64,000 nt of DNA from Eledone cirrhosa (GCA_964016885.1 OZ024743.1:307024001-307088000); one strand, 5' to 3'; shown: positions 13,450 through 25,571, numbered from the stretch's first letter. Numbers and translations: made by a program. Notes: generated by a model from the letters alone, not told the origin.

Positions 13450-14144
13450 TATGTTTCTTTTATTTGCCACAAGGGCATCAAAAGTGGGACAAGTACAATG
13501 GGGGGGAGTTTACAAAACAAGGCGTCCTCAATAGGGAGGAGGCAATAACAATATATAAAAATAAAATAAAATATAACAAAAAATAGAATTATAACAAAAT
13601 CCTCAATAGAGGATTTTGTTATAAAATATAACAAAAAATAAAATTTATAACAAAATCCTCAATAGAGAGGAGGCGCCTTGGGGGGTCGCACACACACCCG
13701 AAAAAAGTGTGCAACCCTTTTCCTCAGGAGCACAGAGAGGGGGTGCTCCCTCGTTCCTTCCTCTTTTCCACCTACAGGCTTATGTAAAGAGAAGGCCCAT
13801 TCACACGGGCCATTCTCGCCACTTTCACCCACCTTTCATAAAAACGACTGGGGTGCAGCACCTCTCTCTCCATCCTGATCCTTCTTCCGAAATGATATCG
13901 GAAGAAACGGACCAGTTGTTGGCCAGAGAGAAAGGTGCCTGACCTCAGTCCTTTCAGACGCGTCCACCATACAACCTCTTTCGCCATGGCTATTACGCAC
14001 AGAAACACCGCCTCTGCTTCATCTTTGAAGGGGGGAGGCGGCTTGATCATTACAATAGACTCGGTGGTCAACCGGATCGGTCCCACCCTTGACAGCAGTT
14101 GTTCGACATAGCCCCACAGATCGGCTACGCCCGAGCAGTGTACC

Positions 14145-14145
<1 letters not shown>
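13450..14145 (-). mobile_element. Tx1 copy D, ~0.7-kb 3' fragment (A-like subfamily)
   Basis: ORF2 C-terminus VHCSGVADLW..MEREVLHPSRFYERWVK plus A-type 3'UTR; (GATA)n on both sides. Confidence 0.9.
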
Positions 14146-14179
<34 letters not shown>

Positions 14180-14418
14180 TATTTCTTTATTAGCCACAGG
14201 GGCACAAAAGAAGGGGACAAATACAAAGGGGGAAGTTTACATACAATAAAAACGTGTAAAATGTTATCACAGATGGAATTTAAAAGTTAGTCGATTTTCC
14301 CCAATAGAGGGAGACAGTTTATATGGGTAACACATACCCCCGAAAAAAATGTGCAACCCTCATCTCCAGGAGTACGAAGAGCTTGTACTCCTTTCCTCTC
14401 CTCCTCCTTTTCCTCAAT

Positions 14419-17400
14419 CTACAGGCTGATATAGAGAGAAGGCCCATTCACTCGGGCCATTCTCGCCACTTTCACCCACCTTTCATAAAACTTGCTGGGG
14501 TACAGCACCTCTCTCTCCATCCTGATTCTTCTTCCAAAGTGGTATTTGAAAAAAAGAATCAGTTGTTGGCCGGAGAGAAAGGTGTCTGACCTCAGCCCTT
14601 TCAACCTTGTCCACCATACAACCTCTTTCGCCATAGCTATCACACAAAGGAAAACCGCCTCTCCTTCGTTTTTGAAGGAGGGTGGCGGTTTGATCATGAC
14701 AATGGACTCGGTGGTCAACTGGATTGGTCCCACCCGCGACAATAGTCGTTCTACATATCCCCACAGGTCAGTGACGCCCGGGCAGTGTATGAATGCGTGC
14801 GCGACGGTTTCTTCGTCTCGCACGCACCTCGGACAGATCTTTTTTGCAGGGTCCCTGCCCGGGCGCCCATGTCTGTAGAGCTTGTCTCGAACTGGTAGAG
14901 CTCCTCGGTAGCACTGCCAGGCCAGGGACTTTTGGAAGTTGTCCATCGGTCCCGGGCGGAAGGTCCTACCGAACAGACTGGCCAGTTCATCTTCCTCCAC
15001 GCCTAGAGTTTCACCGAGCGCGTCGTCGCACTTGCTGCGGACCAACCCTCTATAGAATGACGAAGTGGAGTCTCCACTGATCGCCGGGTCCGCCTGCCAG
15101 AGGGCTGTGAGCGCCTGAGCACATTCGATGTGCCAGTCGCCCATTTTCCTCGGTCTCTGCTTGACCCAGGACTGCAGCTCGGTCAGTGAGACGAGTCGTG
15201 GGAAGGCTCGCCTCACGAACGGGGCCCACACCGGTTGTCCGGTGAGGAATACGTAGAGATGCCGCAGCCTGAGCGCGTGTTTGCGCATCGTCAACCACGG
15301 CATCCCCAGCCCTCCGTTAGAAGGGTGTTGGCAGCAGATGGATCTTCTTACCAAAGGAGCCCGCCTCTTCCAAAGGAATCAGAAGAGGGCGCGCTCCATT
15401 TTGGCGAGCGTTTTGGCTGGACAAGGCACGACGGTCAAGCGGTAGTAGATGGCGGACGCTATAAAAGTGTTCGCCACCTCCGCTCGACCTTTCAAGGATA
15501 GTTTGCACTCGGCCCACTTCTGGGTGAGTGCAAACACCTTGGCCGTCACTTCGTTCCAGTTCTTCTCCACCTGGAGGTCCGGACCAAACCAGACCCCGAG
15601 CAGCTTTACCGGTCCTTCCGTCCAGCGTCCGACGACGCCATCGGAAGGCATCGGTCTGCCTCTCCACGATCCGAGTTGCAAACCGATGGACTTGTCCCGG
15701 TTCAGCTTCGCTCCTGTGAGACTTTCGTATTCCTTTAGTAAGGTGCCGACTTTCTCGATTTGCGAGGCGCTCGACACCATTACTGTCACGTCGTCGGCGT
15801 AGGCCGACGCCGCTTTCCGCAGTCCCGGTTCCAGAGGGATGCCCTGCAATAGCTCCAGCTTCCGCAGTAGTGGCTCGAGAGTCAGTACGTACAGAAGGGA
15901 GGAGAGAGGGCATCCCTGTCGAATGGATCGCGTAATATGGAACGGCTCCGAGAGGTAACCGTTCACCTTGACCCTTGAGCAGATGTTGCTGTTGTGCATT
16001 GCAGCAATCCAGCCCCTGAACACGGGTCCGAAGCCTGCCGCCTCGAGCACCGCATCCAGGTAACGATGGTCAACCCTATCGAAAGCCTTAGACTGATCCA
16101 AGTTGATCAGGGCCCCACCGAAGCCGGGTTTACACCCTACCCTCTCTATGATGTATCGCATGAGGTGGAGGTTGTCGTGTATGGACCTGGTCGGGATCGC
16201 GCATGTCTGCGCTTCTCCCACCAGGTTCTCGACGACAAGCGCCAGCCTCTTTGCCAACACCTTGGCCAAAATCTGTAACTCTGTGTTTAGCAGAGTTATG
16301 GGCCGGAAGTTGCCTATGTCATCCCCCTTATTCTCGTCCTTCCTGATTAGTGTGACCACGCCCCCGGTTACAGAACTGGGAATTCTCCCGTTCTGTTGCC
16401 AGTTGCAGTAGACCGCTTCCAGGAGACCGGAGAATAAGTCCGGCATTGCTACGTAAAATTCGTAGGGTAGGCCGTCGAGACCTGGAGATTTGCGTTTGCC
16501 GCATTGGCTCAGCGCGTCCCCTATCTCAGTGGCTGAAATCGGCTTTTCGCAGAACTTCGCCTCGCTGTCCGAGAGTCGCGGTAGGCCGTCGAGGTATGGA
16601 CCGAAATCCATAGCCTCTCCCGGCGCGCCGCTCCCCCCGAACAGCCGAGCAAAGTGCCGCTGAAAAGCCGCACACATCTGCTTCGGCTCACGTATCACGC
16701 GTCCGTTTTGGTCCTTCAAAGACCGAATCGTGGACTTGTTGCCACTTTTTGCCTCCGTCACTCGGGCCCAGCTAACAGCTTTGGCTCCCTCGTTTCCCAG
16801 AGCACGTATTTTGCTTCTGACAACGCAGCCCTCGTGCTTTGCGTCGAAGAACTGGTCCAAGGCCGTTCTCGTTGCTAGCACGCTGGCTACGTTGCCACTT
16901 CTAATTGCCTCTTCTACTTTATCTACCAGTTCCTTCTCGGTTCTATTTCTATCTAACGCTAATTCTTTACTAAAAACTATCGAGTCTAATCTAACTGCCC
17001 TCTTGAGAGAGTACCACCATCTGTTGTTGACAATGGCCCCTGTCAAGTGCTGTTTAACTAAAGTGCTAATCCGTCTACTGTAGGCTTTGCTTGTCGGTAA
17101 CGACAAGTTCAGCTTCCAGTAGCCGGGTCCTTGTCTATGGGTTCTATCAAGGTTGGCCATGCAGGTCACTAGTTTGTGATCTGAATAGGCAACCATGAAC
17201 ATTTGTGGAGAGCTTAACATGTCCCTATCCTTATTTCTAACTAGAACCCTATCTAGGTACGATCTAGATGTTCCGCTACGATTAATCCACGTCCACAGTG
17301 GCGCAGTCGGAAAATCTAGTCGATATCTATCGGCCAGGTCAAATCGGTCGATTAACTGTTTGAGGCTGTTACACCCCCCTTTATCGGGACATGCTCCCAC

Positions 17401-17856
17401 ATAGTCCCAACGTGCATCTAGGATTCCATTCCAGTCCCCCACTAAAAGCAAGGAGCGGGACGTTCCCAGAAAAGTCTCTAGACGTTTGAAGAAGTCTGGC
17501 CGCGGTGTCCCGGATGGGGCATATGCGGCCACCAGCCTGAACGCTCCACCTTCACTACCGTCAACGTCTAGGACCACCAGTCGACCCCCCGGGTCCAGAT
17601 GTACCGTCTGTGTTACGAGGCCCAGGTGTTTCCGCAGCAAAACGGCAACTCCGCCCCCACCCCCCGGTTGACAGAGAGATGCGTAGATCTCAAAGTCATC
17701 GAAGATGGGGGGCAGCTGTCGCTCGCCGTGGATCCTGGACTCGCAAATGGCTACCACATCCAAACTGTGCGACCTGAGGTCGTTTAAGAGTTTGCCCTGT
17801 TTCCAGGGCATCCCCAGGCCGCGTACGTTCACACATCCAACTCTTATATTGGCCAT
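14419..17856 (-). pseudogene. ORF2 of copy E (APE + RT + CCHC), single nonsense codon at 15379-15381
   Basis: The 825-aa and 311-aa ORFs are in the same frame, separated by one TGA (ERALF*FLWK); GDWN, SDH and YADD are all present. Confidence 0.92.
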
Positions 17857-17889
17857 GTTGGTGCTGAAAAGTTAAAAGAGGAAAAGAGA

Positions 17890-19788
17890 TCACTCACCCT
17901 TCGCCTCCTGGGGACCAGGCCGCACGATTTCCATGGGGGTGTTGGAGGGGTTGTCTGGATGGGTGGTGGTTTCCGGCGGGGTGGGGACGCAGATGTTTGG
18001 TGGGGTGGGGTCTGGTGGGATGGGGGTGTCTGGGGTGGGGAGGCATTTGAGAAGGACGCGGTTGAGTGGTTTCACGCAGGAATTCCCCACATCCTTCTCA
18101 AATGTTTCTTTTAGGGACCTATAAGTTTGTATAGGGACCCTAATCAGTTTTAGGTTCATTTTTTTGCTATTTTTTATAGAGTGGGCGAAAGTTTTCCCTT
18201 CGGTGAAAACCGAAGGGTCGTTCGTGATGGTCTCCATTAGTGTTTTGTTTTCAGTGTTTATGTAAGTGTAAGTGTAATTTTCTTGTATTGTGTTTGTTTT
18301 TGTCTGTAGTTCTTGTGTGTGCTTTCGTTTTGTTGTAGGTATTTTGTTTTCAGGAGGTGGGGGTTTTGTTTGTGTTGGTGGTTGTATGTTTGTGGTAGTG
18401 TTTGCTGGTTTTTTGCTTTTGTGATGTCTTTTCTTTCTTTTCGAGCGATGGGGTTCTCCTTCGTCTTCACTGGGTGATGGCGAGATAGCCTCATCTGTTG
18501 TATCGTCTGTGTGATTGGGGAGGGGTATGTCTTGGGGAGCTGTTGTGTCTGTATGTGATTTTGCAGTGGTTTTAGGTGGAGTGAGGTTGGGTGGGATTGT
18601 GTTTGTTGTGGTTATTTTTGTGTGTTGGTGTTGTTGTTGTAGTGGTGGTGTTGGTGGTTGTGTTGTTTTGATGGGTGTTGGCAGAAGAGCCTTTTTTTGG
18701 TTCATTAGTTTAGGACAGGAAGCCCTCAGGTGACCCCTGCTAAAGCAATGGTAACATGAAGGCCGCCTACCCTCAACCGAAAGGTTTATGTAGGTAAGTC
18801 CGTCCAGGAGTACACGCTGTGGGATCATAGCTATTCGCTCTGGGCTCATTTGCACCAGAACTTCAATGCTAGTCCCATTGAATACATCTCTGGGGGACTT
18901 GCCTACTGACAGTATTCTGTCTTCATCAAAATTGATGAAGCCGCACAGTATCCACCATATGTTCACCTTTGGTGTGACACTTGTGATTCTGATCTTTTGT
19001 GTCCTTTTTCCCATGTATGTAGGGAAAAAGGTGTACAGGTTGGATACAATTGGCGACACAGAGTAATTTTGGGCCGTCAATTGATCCTTCATCAGTACCG
19101 AAATACTCCCAAAAAGTTTGCTTCTTTGAATGAATGCAATATCATTCATTGAATCTTTGAAAACCAGTTCAATATCTTTCTGTGACAATTGGACTGGTTT
19201 TCGGGTAGAATTGGAAACTGTCCTAAAAACTATCGTTTTGAGAGCAGTTTCCTTGCGAATTTCTACCGGAGAATTGATGCTGAAAGCACCATTTTTTTCG
19301 AAGGTGACATATCTCTTAGCGTCCTTTAAAAGGTGTTCAGCATTTGTTATGTCGAGATATATCAATTGTTCTTTCTTTTGAACTTTCTCCGCAAAGGAGA
19401 TTTTTGGTTTCTTTGTGGAATCCGTATTGGTGGTGTTGTCATTATTGTTGTTATTCTTGTTGTTATTCTTGTTGTCACCGATGTTGGTATCATCCGTATT
19501 TTCCTTGGTGTTGTTGTTGTCTTTGATGCTGGTGTTATTGGCGTTGTCTTTATTTTTTTCTTTGTTGTTGTTATCATTGTTGCTTTTATCATCATTATTG
19601 GTTTTGCTGTTATTTTTGTTGTCATTGAGCTGTTTGGTGTCATTTGTGTTGTTTGGATGTGAATTCGTTTTTTTATTTTCATTTTGTCTTTCCATCTCTA
19701 TAGTATCTAGTGAAGAAGACGTTGTTGACTGCGAGCTTTGTAGTCTTATCGCCTCTCCACCACCATTATCGTTGGACGCAGCGTTCAT
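17890..19788 (-). CDS. ORF1 of Tx1 copy E (632 aa; Asn-rich N-terminus, CCHC zinc knuckle)
   Basis: Open 632-aa frame with CYHCFSRGHLRASC; homologous to copy C ORF1; ends 33 bp before the ORF2 ATG. Confidence 0.9.
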   Translation of the reverse strand: MNAASNDNGGGEAIRLQSSQSTTSSSLDTIEMERQNENKKTNSHPNNTNDTKQLNDNKNNSKTNNDDKSNNDNNNKEKNKDNANNTSIKDNNNTKENTDDTNIGDNKNNNKNNNNNDNTTNTDSTKKPKISFAEKVQKKEQLIYLDITNAEHLLKDAKRYVTFEKNGAFSINSPVEIRKETALKTIVFRTVSNSTRKPVQLSQKDIELVFKDSMNDIAFIQRSKLFGSISVLMKDQLTAQNYSVSPIVSNLYTFFPTYMGKRTQKIRITSVTPKVNIWWILCGFINFDEDRILSVGKSPRDVFNGTSIEVLVQMSPERIAMIPQRVLLDGLTYINLSVEGRRPSCYHCFSRGHLRASCPKLMNQKKALLPTPIKTTQPPTPPLQQQHQHTKITTTNTIPPNLTPPKTTAKSHTDTTAPQDIPLPNHTDDTTDEAISPSPSEDEGEPHRSKRKKRHHKSKKPANTTTNIQPPTQTKPPPPENKIPTTKRKHTQELQTKTNTIQENYTYTYINTENKTLMETITNDPSVFTEGKTFAHSIKNSKKMNLKLIRVPIQTYRSLKETFEKDVGNSCVKPLNRVLLKCLPTPDTPIPPDPTPPNICVPTPPETTTHPDNPSNTPMEIVRPGPQEAKGE

Positions 19789-20004
19789 AACGTAATCAAA
19801 ATTTTACAATATTTTTTCCAAGATTCGATGGAGAAAAATTTTTTTAAATGGATATTCCGCCCCTGAAGGGGCGAAAATGAGTTGACCCACCACCTGAAGG
19901 TCCAGACGGGTGGTCAAGTTACACAATGATATAAAATTGAACTAAAAACTCACGTTTTTTCCTTACATAAATTAACGGAAACTTCTCCGCGAAGTGACGC
20001 GACT

Positions 20005-20011
20005 GATAGAG

Positions 20012-20108
<97 letters not shown>

Positions 20109-20189
20109 TACAATCCGGGCCTAGATAAATAGATAGATAGATAGTTAGATAGATAGATAGATAGTTAGATAGATAGATAGATAGATAGT

Positions 20190-20259
<70 letters not shown>

Positions 20260-20318
20260 TACGATAGATAGATATACGATCCGGGCCTAGATAAATAGAT
20301 AGTTAGATAGATAGATAT
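20005..20318. repeat. (GATA)n microsatellite with ATCCGGGCCTAGATAAATAG interruptions (presumed target array)
   Basis: Direct reading; interruptions near 20114 and 20279. Confidence 0.95.
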
Positions 20319-20460
20319 ACAATCCGTCCAACACATGCCAGTGTGGAAAGTGCACTTAAAATGAAAGTGGTCACATACATACACACAAGTGAAACGCACA
20401 TAAATACACACACACACACACACACACACATACACATACACACCACACACACACACACAA

Positions 20461-20493
<33 letters not shown>

Positions 20494-20661
20494 CACACAC
20501 ATAGAGGGCGCTGTAACAATATTTGTGTAGAAATATTAATCCAACCAGATGTATGAACAGACGTGATTTGTGGCATCATCTGGGATTCAACATCGGCCTC
20601 AATGACACCAATATTTGTTTTCCATATATATGTGTGTGTGTATACAAACACACGCATGCAT

Positions 20662-20745
<84 letters not shown>

Positions 20746-20910
20746 CCAAATGTTAATAAGGTTCAATGATTACTCAATGAATATAGTTTACAATAGATTA
20801 AAAGCACTCAACAAGGAAGTTTTCTGGAGTTATTAATATTATTCAAAATATTAATAAATGGAGACATTTACATAATCAAAATATTTGTTTTATTATATAT
20901 ATTTCGGAGG

Positions 20911-22770
20911 TACTGTGCTGTTCATACCAAGGCAACCACGGATAAATTTTAAAGACCATAAAGGAAATTTCGAAGAGGATTTGCCTGTTAGACTTATCGC
21001 ACCTTCGAAGTCAGACATTTGAATTATTAGTAAAAACATAATAGATAGGATTTTGCCAACATTAAAATTGAGGTCAAGGCTTAACTTGTGGATAGACACT
21101 AGTGAAGTCATAGATTGGTTTAATAACATTGAAAATAAGAAAAATCATAAATTCATTCAAATGGACATAGCGAGTTACTACTCCTCAATAACTCCCAACC
21201 TTTTGAATAAGACGCTTTGATACGCATATAAACACACCGATCTATCTAGTGAGGAGATTAATATTATTTTAACGGCTAGGCGAACCTTGATTGACTTTAA
21301 TAATGATTTTTGGACTCGTTCGGATACGCAGAAGAATTTCGACATTACTATGGGATCGTCCGATTCCGCGCAAGTTACTGATCTTCTGGGAATTTTCATC
21401 CTTAATATGATAAATTGAAAACTGCCGGAGATTACCGGTGGTTCATATAGAGATGACATATTATTTACTGTAGTTAAACATAGTAATAGTGACTTAAATA
21501 GAGTAAAGAAAGTAATTATAGAAATCTTTAAAAATTACGACATGAAATTGGAAGTAGAAAATAACAGTAAAATAGTTAACTTTTTAGACGTAAACCTTAA
21601 TTTAAACTCAGGTCTATATTACCCTCTTCATAAACCCAATGAAAACCTAAATTATGTTAGTTTTTATTCTAATCATCCTAAAAGTGTTAAAAATGCAATA
21701 GTCAATTGTGTTCAACAACGTATATCCAGATTATCTGCTAACAAATCCATTTTTAATAGTAAAGCTGGATATTATGATGACGCGTTACATAAAGCAGGAT
21801 ATATAAATAATATTGAATATGTAGAAAAAAATAATAGTAATTATAGACACAATATTCATAATAATAAGAATAATAAAAATAAAACTGACTGTAAAAAATA
21901 AATAAAAATAACAATTTGGAGAATAAATCCGGAAAAAAATTAGAACTAGATCTATTATTTGGTATGCCCCACCAGCGTCTTTAGCTATTAAAACACCTTT
22001 AGCACATTTATTTTTCAAAGCCTTAGATAAATGATTCCCTAGATCACATAAGTATTACTCTATCTTCAATAGACACACAGTTAAACTTTCGTACTCAATA
22101 TTTTTGCAATATTCTGCTCAACAAATGGCGCAGAATATTGCAAAAATTAATAGCAGAATCATTAATTCAAGCCAACATATAATTAGCGATAATAACAATA
22201 ATAATAATAATACAGTAATTAATGTGAATAACAATAACAATAATTTAAACACATATTGTAGAACACCTAGAAATATTAACAATGATAATACGAACAGCTT
22301 AGGTTATAGAAATAGCATGGAATTGAACTGTAACTGTAGAAGGAAATCGGAATGCCCTTTGCAAAATAACTGCCTTGATAAGAATTTAGTATATAAATGT
22401 ACCATTAAAACAAATAATATTACTTATAACTACATAGGTGCAACTTCATCGAACTTTAAACTTCGCTTTTCCAATCATAAACATTTTCTCTAATCCAGAT
22501 AAAAAAGTTTCTACTTCATTATCACAACTAATATGGTCTTTAAAAGAGAAAAATATAAAATACTCAATTTCTTGGATTAAGCTTAGAAACTCTGAATCCT
22601 ATCGGAACGATTCCATCTCACCAAAATGCAATCTTTGCAATTTAGAGACTCTATTAATAATTAATAATTATGGTAATTTAATTAATAAGAAAAGTGAGCT
22701 ATTTTCAAATTGCCTCCATAAATCTAGAAGAACATTTCAAGCATCATATAAATTTAGGAAAAAACATTGA
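20911..22770 (+). pseudogene. PLE reverse transcriptase + GIY-YIG endonuclease, with stops and frameshifts
   Basis: FIQMDIASYYSSI, FDITMGSSDSAQV, YRDD, VNFLDVNLNL, SNHP, CNCRRKSECPLQNNC, VYKC..YIGAT, CNLCNLE. Confidence 0.85.
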
Positions 22771-23348
22771 CTGAGTGAGAAAAATATTGACATTTATTAA
22801 TAATTCTTGTAATGCTACTGTTATTGTTATTATTGTGTATAATGTTTTACCTTACCTTATAAGATTGCATATCGGTTCTTTTATATAGTAAGTTAATCTC
22901 ATGATTGACTAAATACCTTTAGTTTGGTTTGAGAATCCTCTTTTTATGACTGGAATTTTCTAAATTTGAGATCTGAAATAACTTCAGACTTTCAAACCAT
23001 TTAGCTAATTTAAACGTCCAAATATGATATACAAAGCTCCTTTGTTTACATTCATCGTGTTTAATTTTCGTTTTATCCAAATGGACTAATGTGTATTTAA
23101 CATGTTCTTTAGTGTTGCATATAGTAAGATTTGGTTGAATCGAAATAATAATACTTTCAAGAGTAAATATAACTAATAATTAATCCTATATGTAATTGAC
23201 AACTATTGATTTAAACTGATTGTAATGTTTATAATGTTCATAATTCTAAACATTATATAAATTGCATATACAGATGCTAATATACGATTAAGTTGTGATA
23301 AATACTCTCATATATATTTACTATATCTGTAAACATCATTGGTAGTTA

Positions 23349-23735
23349 ATAATTGTTTCTACTTTTGGCACAAGGCCAGCAATTACCCAGTACATTACTG
23401 GTACTTTATTTTATCGACCCCGTAAGGATGAAAGGCAAAGTTAACCTCGGCGGGATTTGAACTCAGACCGTAAAGGGACGTAACTATGCTGGAAAGCATG
23501 GCATCCGACTCTCTACCGTTACTGCCAATCCACCGCCATCATTGGTAGTTAATAATTGTTTCTATTTTAGGCACAAGGCCAGCTATTACTCAGTACATTA
23601 CTGGTACTTTATTTTATCGACCCCGGAAGGATGAAAGGCAAAGTTAACCTCGGCGAGATTTGAACTCAGATCATAAAGGGAAGTAACTCTATGCTTCAAA
23701 GCATGGTGTCCGACTCTCTACCGATACTGCCAAGT
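23349..23735 (-). mobile_element. Two tandem tRNA-type SINE copies inside the PLE 3' region
   Basis: Minus strand A-box-like TGGCAGTAACGG, B-box GAGTTCAAATCC, body GCCTTTCATCCTTACGGGGTCGATAAAATAAAGTACCAG, (ATT) tail; CATCATTGGTAGTTAATAA duplicated at 23334 and 23537 (TSD-like). Confidence 0.85.
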
Positions 23736-24342
23736 TAATAATGATTTTGATTTTGATTTTTGTAACTTAATATTGAATATATTTATTAATTTTACTATGC
23801 TCCTAATTATCATTGAAAATATCTTATATTGTTTAATTTTGATATAATATAATAGTATAATTTGCTCAAATATAACCAAATACAATAGTTTAAAAATGTC
23901 ACAATACTTAATTGGTCGCTTCTACCTGACTTAATATTTGAAAAAAAACTGTCACGCATTATGTCCCTTTCTTCTTTCTTTCTTTTTTATTTCTTTTCCT
24001 TTACAGTTATGTATTCCATTCTCTATTATACCTCCTTCTCATTCCTTTTATCTTCATCTTTTTAGTTTCTTCCTTCCTCTCTTATATTTAGCACTCTCTC
24101 TCTCTCTCTTTTGTTTTTTCTCTAACACAGATATTTACGGGTTATTTATGTCTTCTATATTTTCTCATACTCACCCCCTCCTAAAACTTGTATATCGATA
24201 CATATCCCTCTCTCCATCACATTTAGTTTGTCATGTTATTACTTGTGATATATAAATATTGAGTTTTGTTGTAATAAATCACTGCCAAGACTAAAATTGA
24301 ACCATCAACTCAGTTGAGGTATGTCATACATCAATTCATATA

Positions 24343-24404
24343 TTTTATATGATGAGGACGTACTGAAAAATCAGCACAGTACCTCCGAAATATATATAAT
24401 AAAA
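24343..24404 (+). ncRNA. Type I hammerhead motif (C3->A, probably inactive) in the Nematis pLTR
   Basis: TTTTAT-ATGATGA-GGACGTACTG..CAGTACCTCC-GAAA-TATATA-TA-ATAAAA. Confidence 0.65.
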
Positions 24405-24450
24405 CATATTTTGATTATGTAAATGTTTCCATTTATTAATATTTTCAATA

Positions 24451-24562
<112 letters not shown>

Positions 24563-24787
24563 GCAGGAATATATATATATATATATATATATCTGGGACT
24601 TGACTCTTTCTTCCTCACTTTTCGTTGCTTTACCATCTTTGTTTGTTTACACTCTCGCTCGTTCCCCTTATTTACGTGTCCCAACGACTTTCTTTAGCCG
24701 TTGCTCGCACCAACCTAAGGTATATGGTCTTTAAAGTGATGAAATACCAATGAAGGTTGGAAGATCACTGATGAAGAACTAACTTTA

Positions 24788-24829
<42 letters not shown>

Positions 24830-24856
24830 TGGTTACACAACAGTTAGTTCACCATA

Positions 24857-24895
24857 CCGAGAACAATTGTTTCACCTTAGCGGATCCTCAGCTCG
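24857..24895 (-). ncRNA. Minimal type I hammerhead motif, same family as 1770-1811
   Basis: CGAG-CTGAGGA-TCC GCTAA GGT-GAAAC AATT GTT-CTCG with a palindromic AATT loop 3. Confidence 0.7.
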
Positions 24896-25090
24896 TATAT
24901 ATACATATACATATACATATATATATATATATATGGAGAGAGAGTGAGAGAGAGAGAGGTGGGAGATAGATACAGTAAGAAACTTGCTAGAGTACTCGAT
25001 ACTTGAGGTAGTAGAGTATGGTCATATGAACTAGCTGTTGAAACGGCAAGAGCTCAGCCATCGGAGTTCCGACTCTTTCATATATATTTA

Positions 25091-25444
25091 CACTGCAGCC
25101 CCACCATTCACGGTTCGGGTTATTCGCGGGATTTTCCTTAGAACCTAACTAATAATTGTTCGTGGGAACCACCACGTATTCGTGGAATCGTGTCTTCCGC
25201 GATTTTTTATGGGGCTTTTTCGTGGCAATATATGTTTTTTTAATGCTAAATTATTAATAACAATATACCGTATTTGCCGGTCTATTGGACGCCCCTTTTC
25301 ATAAGATGCTTCCTCTTATTTTATATTTTAAGTTATATTTTGATATTTATAGGGGTTTTTATGGACCACGTCCAATATTCGCGGTTTTTCTCTCTTCACG
25401 GGTGCTCTAGCGACGTAACCACCCCGAATACCGAGGGATAACTG
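25091..25444. mobile_element. pogo/Tigger-like MITE, degraded
   Basis: Right end reads CAGTTATCCCTCGGTATTCGGGG on the minus strand, followed by TA; subterminal TATTCGCGG motifs; left end poorly conserved. Confidence 0.55.
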
Positions 25445-25456
25445 TATATATATTTT

Positions 25457-25571
25457 CATTTTATTAAGGCTAAATAGTGAATCTTGTTACTCTGGAGTTT
25501 CAACTGTTTATCATAGTGACGGCCCTGCGAAACTCCAGAGTAACAAGACTCCATTTAGCCTTAATAAAATG
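25457..25571. mobile_element. Fold-back mini element in (TA)n
   Basis: ATTTTATTAAGGCTAAAT..TCTTGTTACTCTGGAGTTTC pairs with GAAACTCCAGAGTAACAAGA..ATTTAGCCTTAATAAAAT. Confidence 0.65.

Larger units (their letters stand above)
14179..20004 (-). mobile_element. Tx1 copy E, full length (~5.8 kb), third subfamily, nearly intact
   Basis: Intact ORF1, ORF2 with one in-frame stop; flanked by (GATA)n at 14146-14178 and from 20005. Confidence 0.93.

Noticed and set aside
4176-19795. Antisense and alternate-frame ORFs over the Tx1 copies
   Set aside because: Shadows of GC-rich ORF1/ORF2 with no independent motifs.
23349-23537. tRNA gene
   Set aside because: Only A/B boxes within a multi-copy SINE; no cloverleaf.
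24730-24780. SECIS or C/D snoRNA from GTGATGA..CTGA
   Set aside because: Helix and spacing are too short, and the SECIS core and C box are not kept in all copies.
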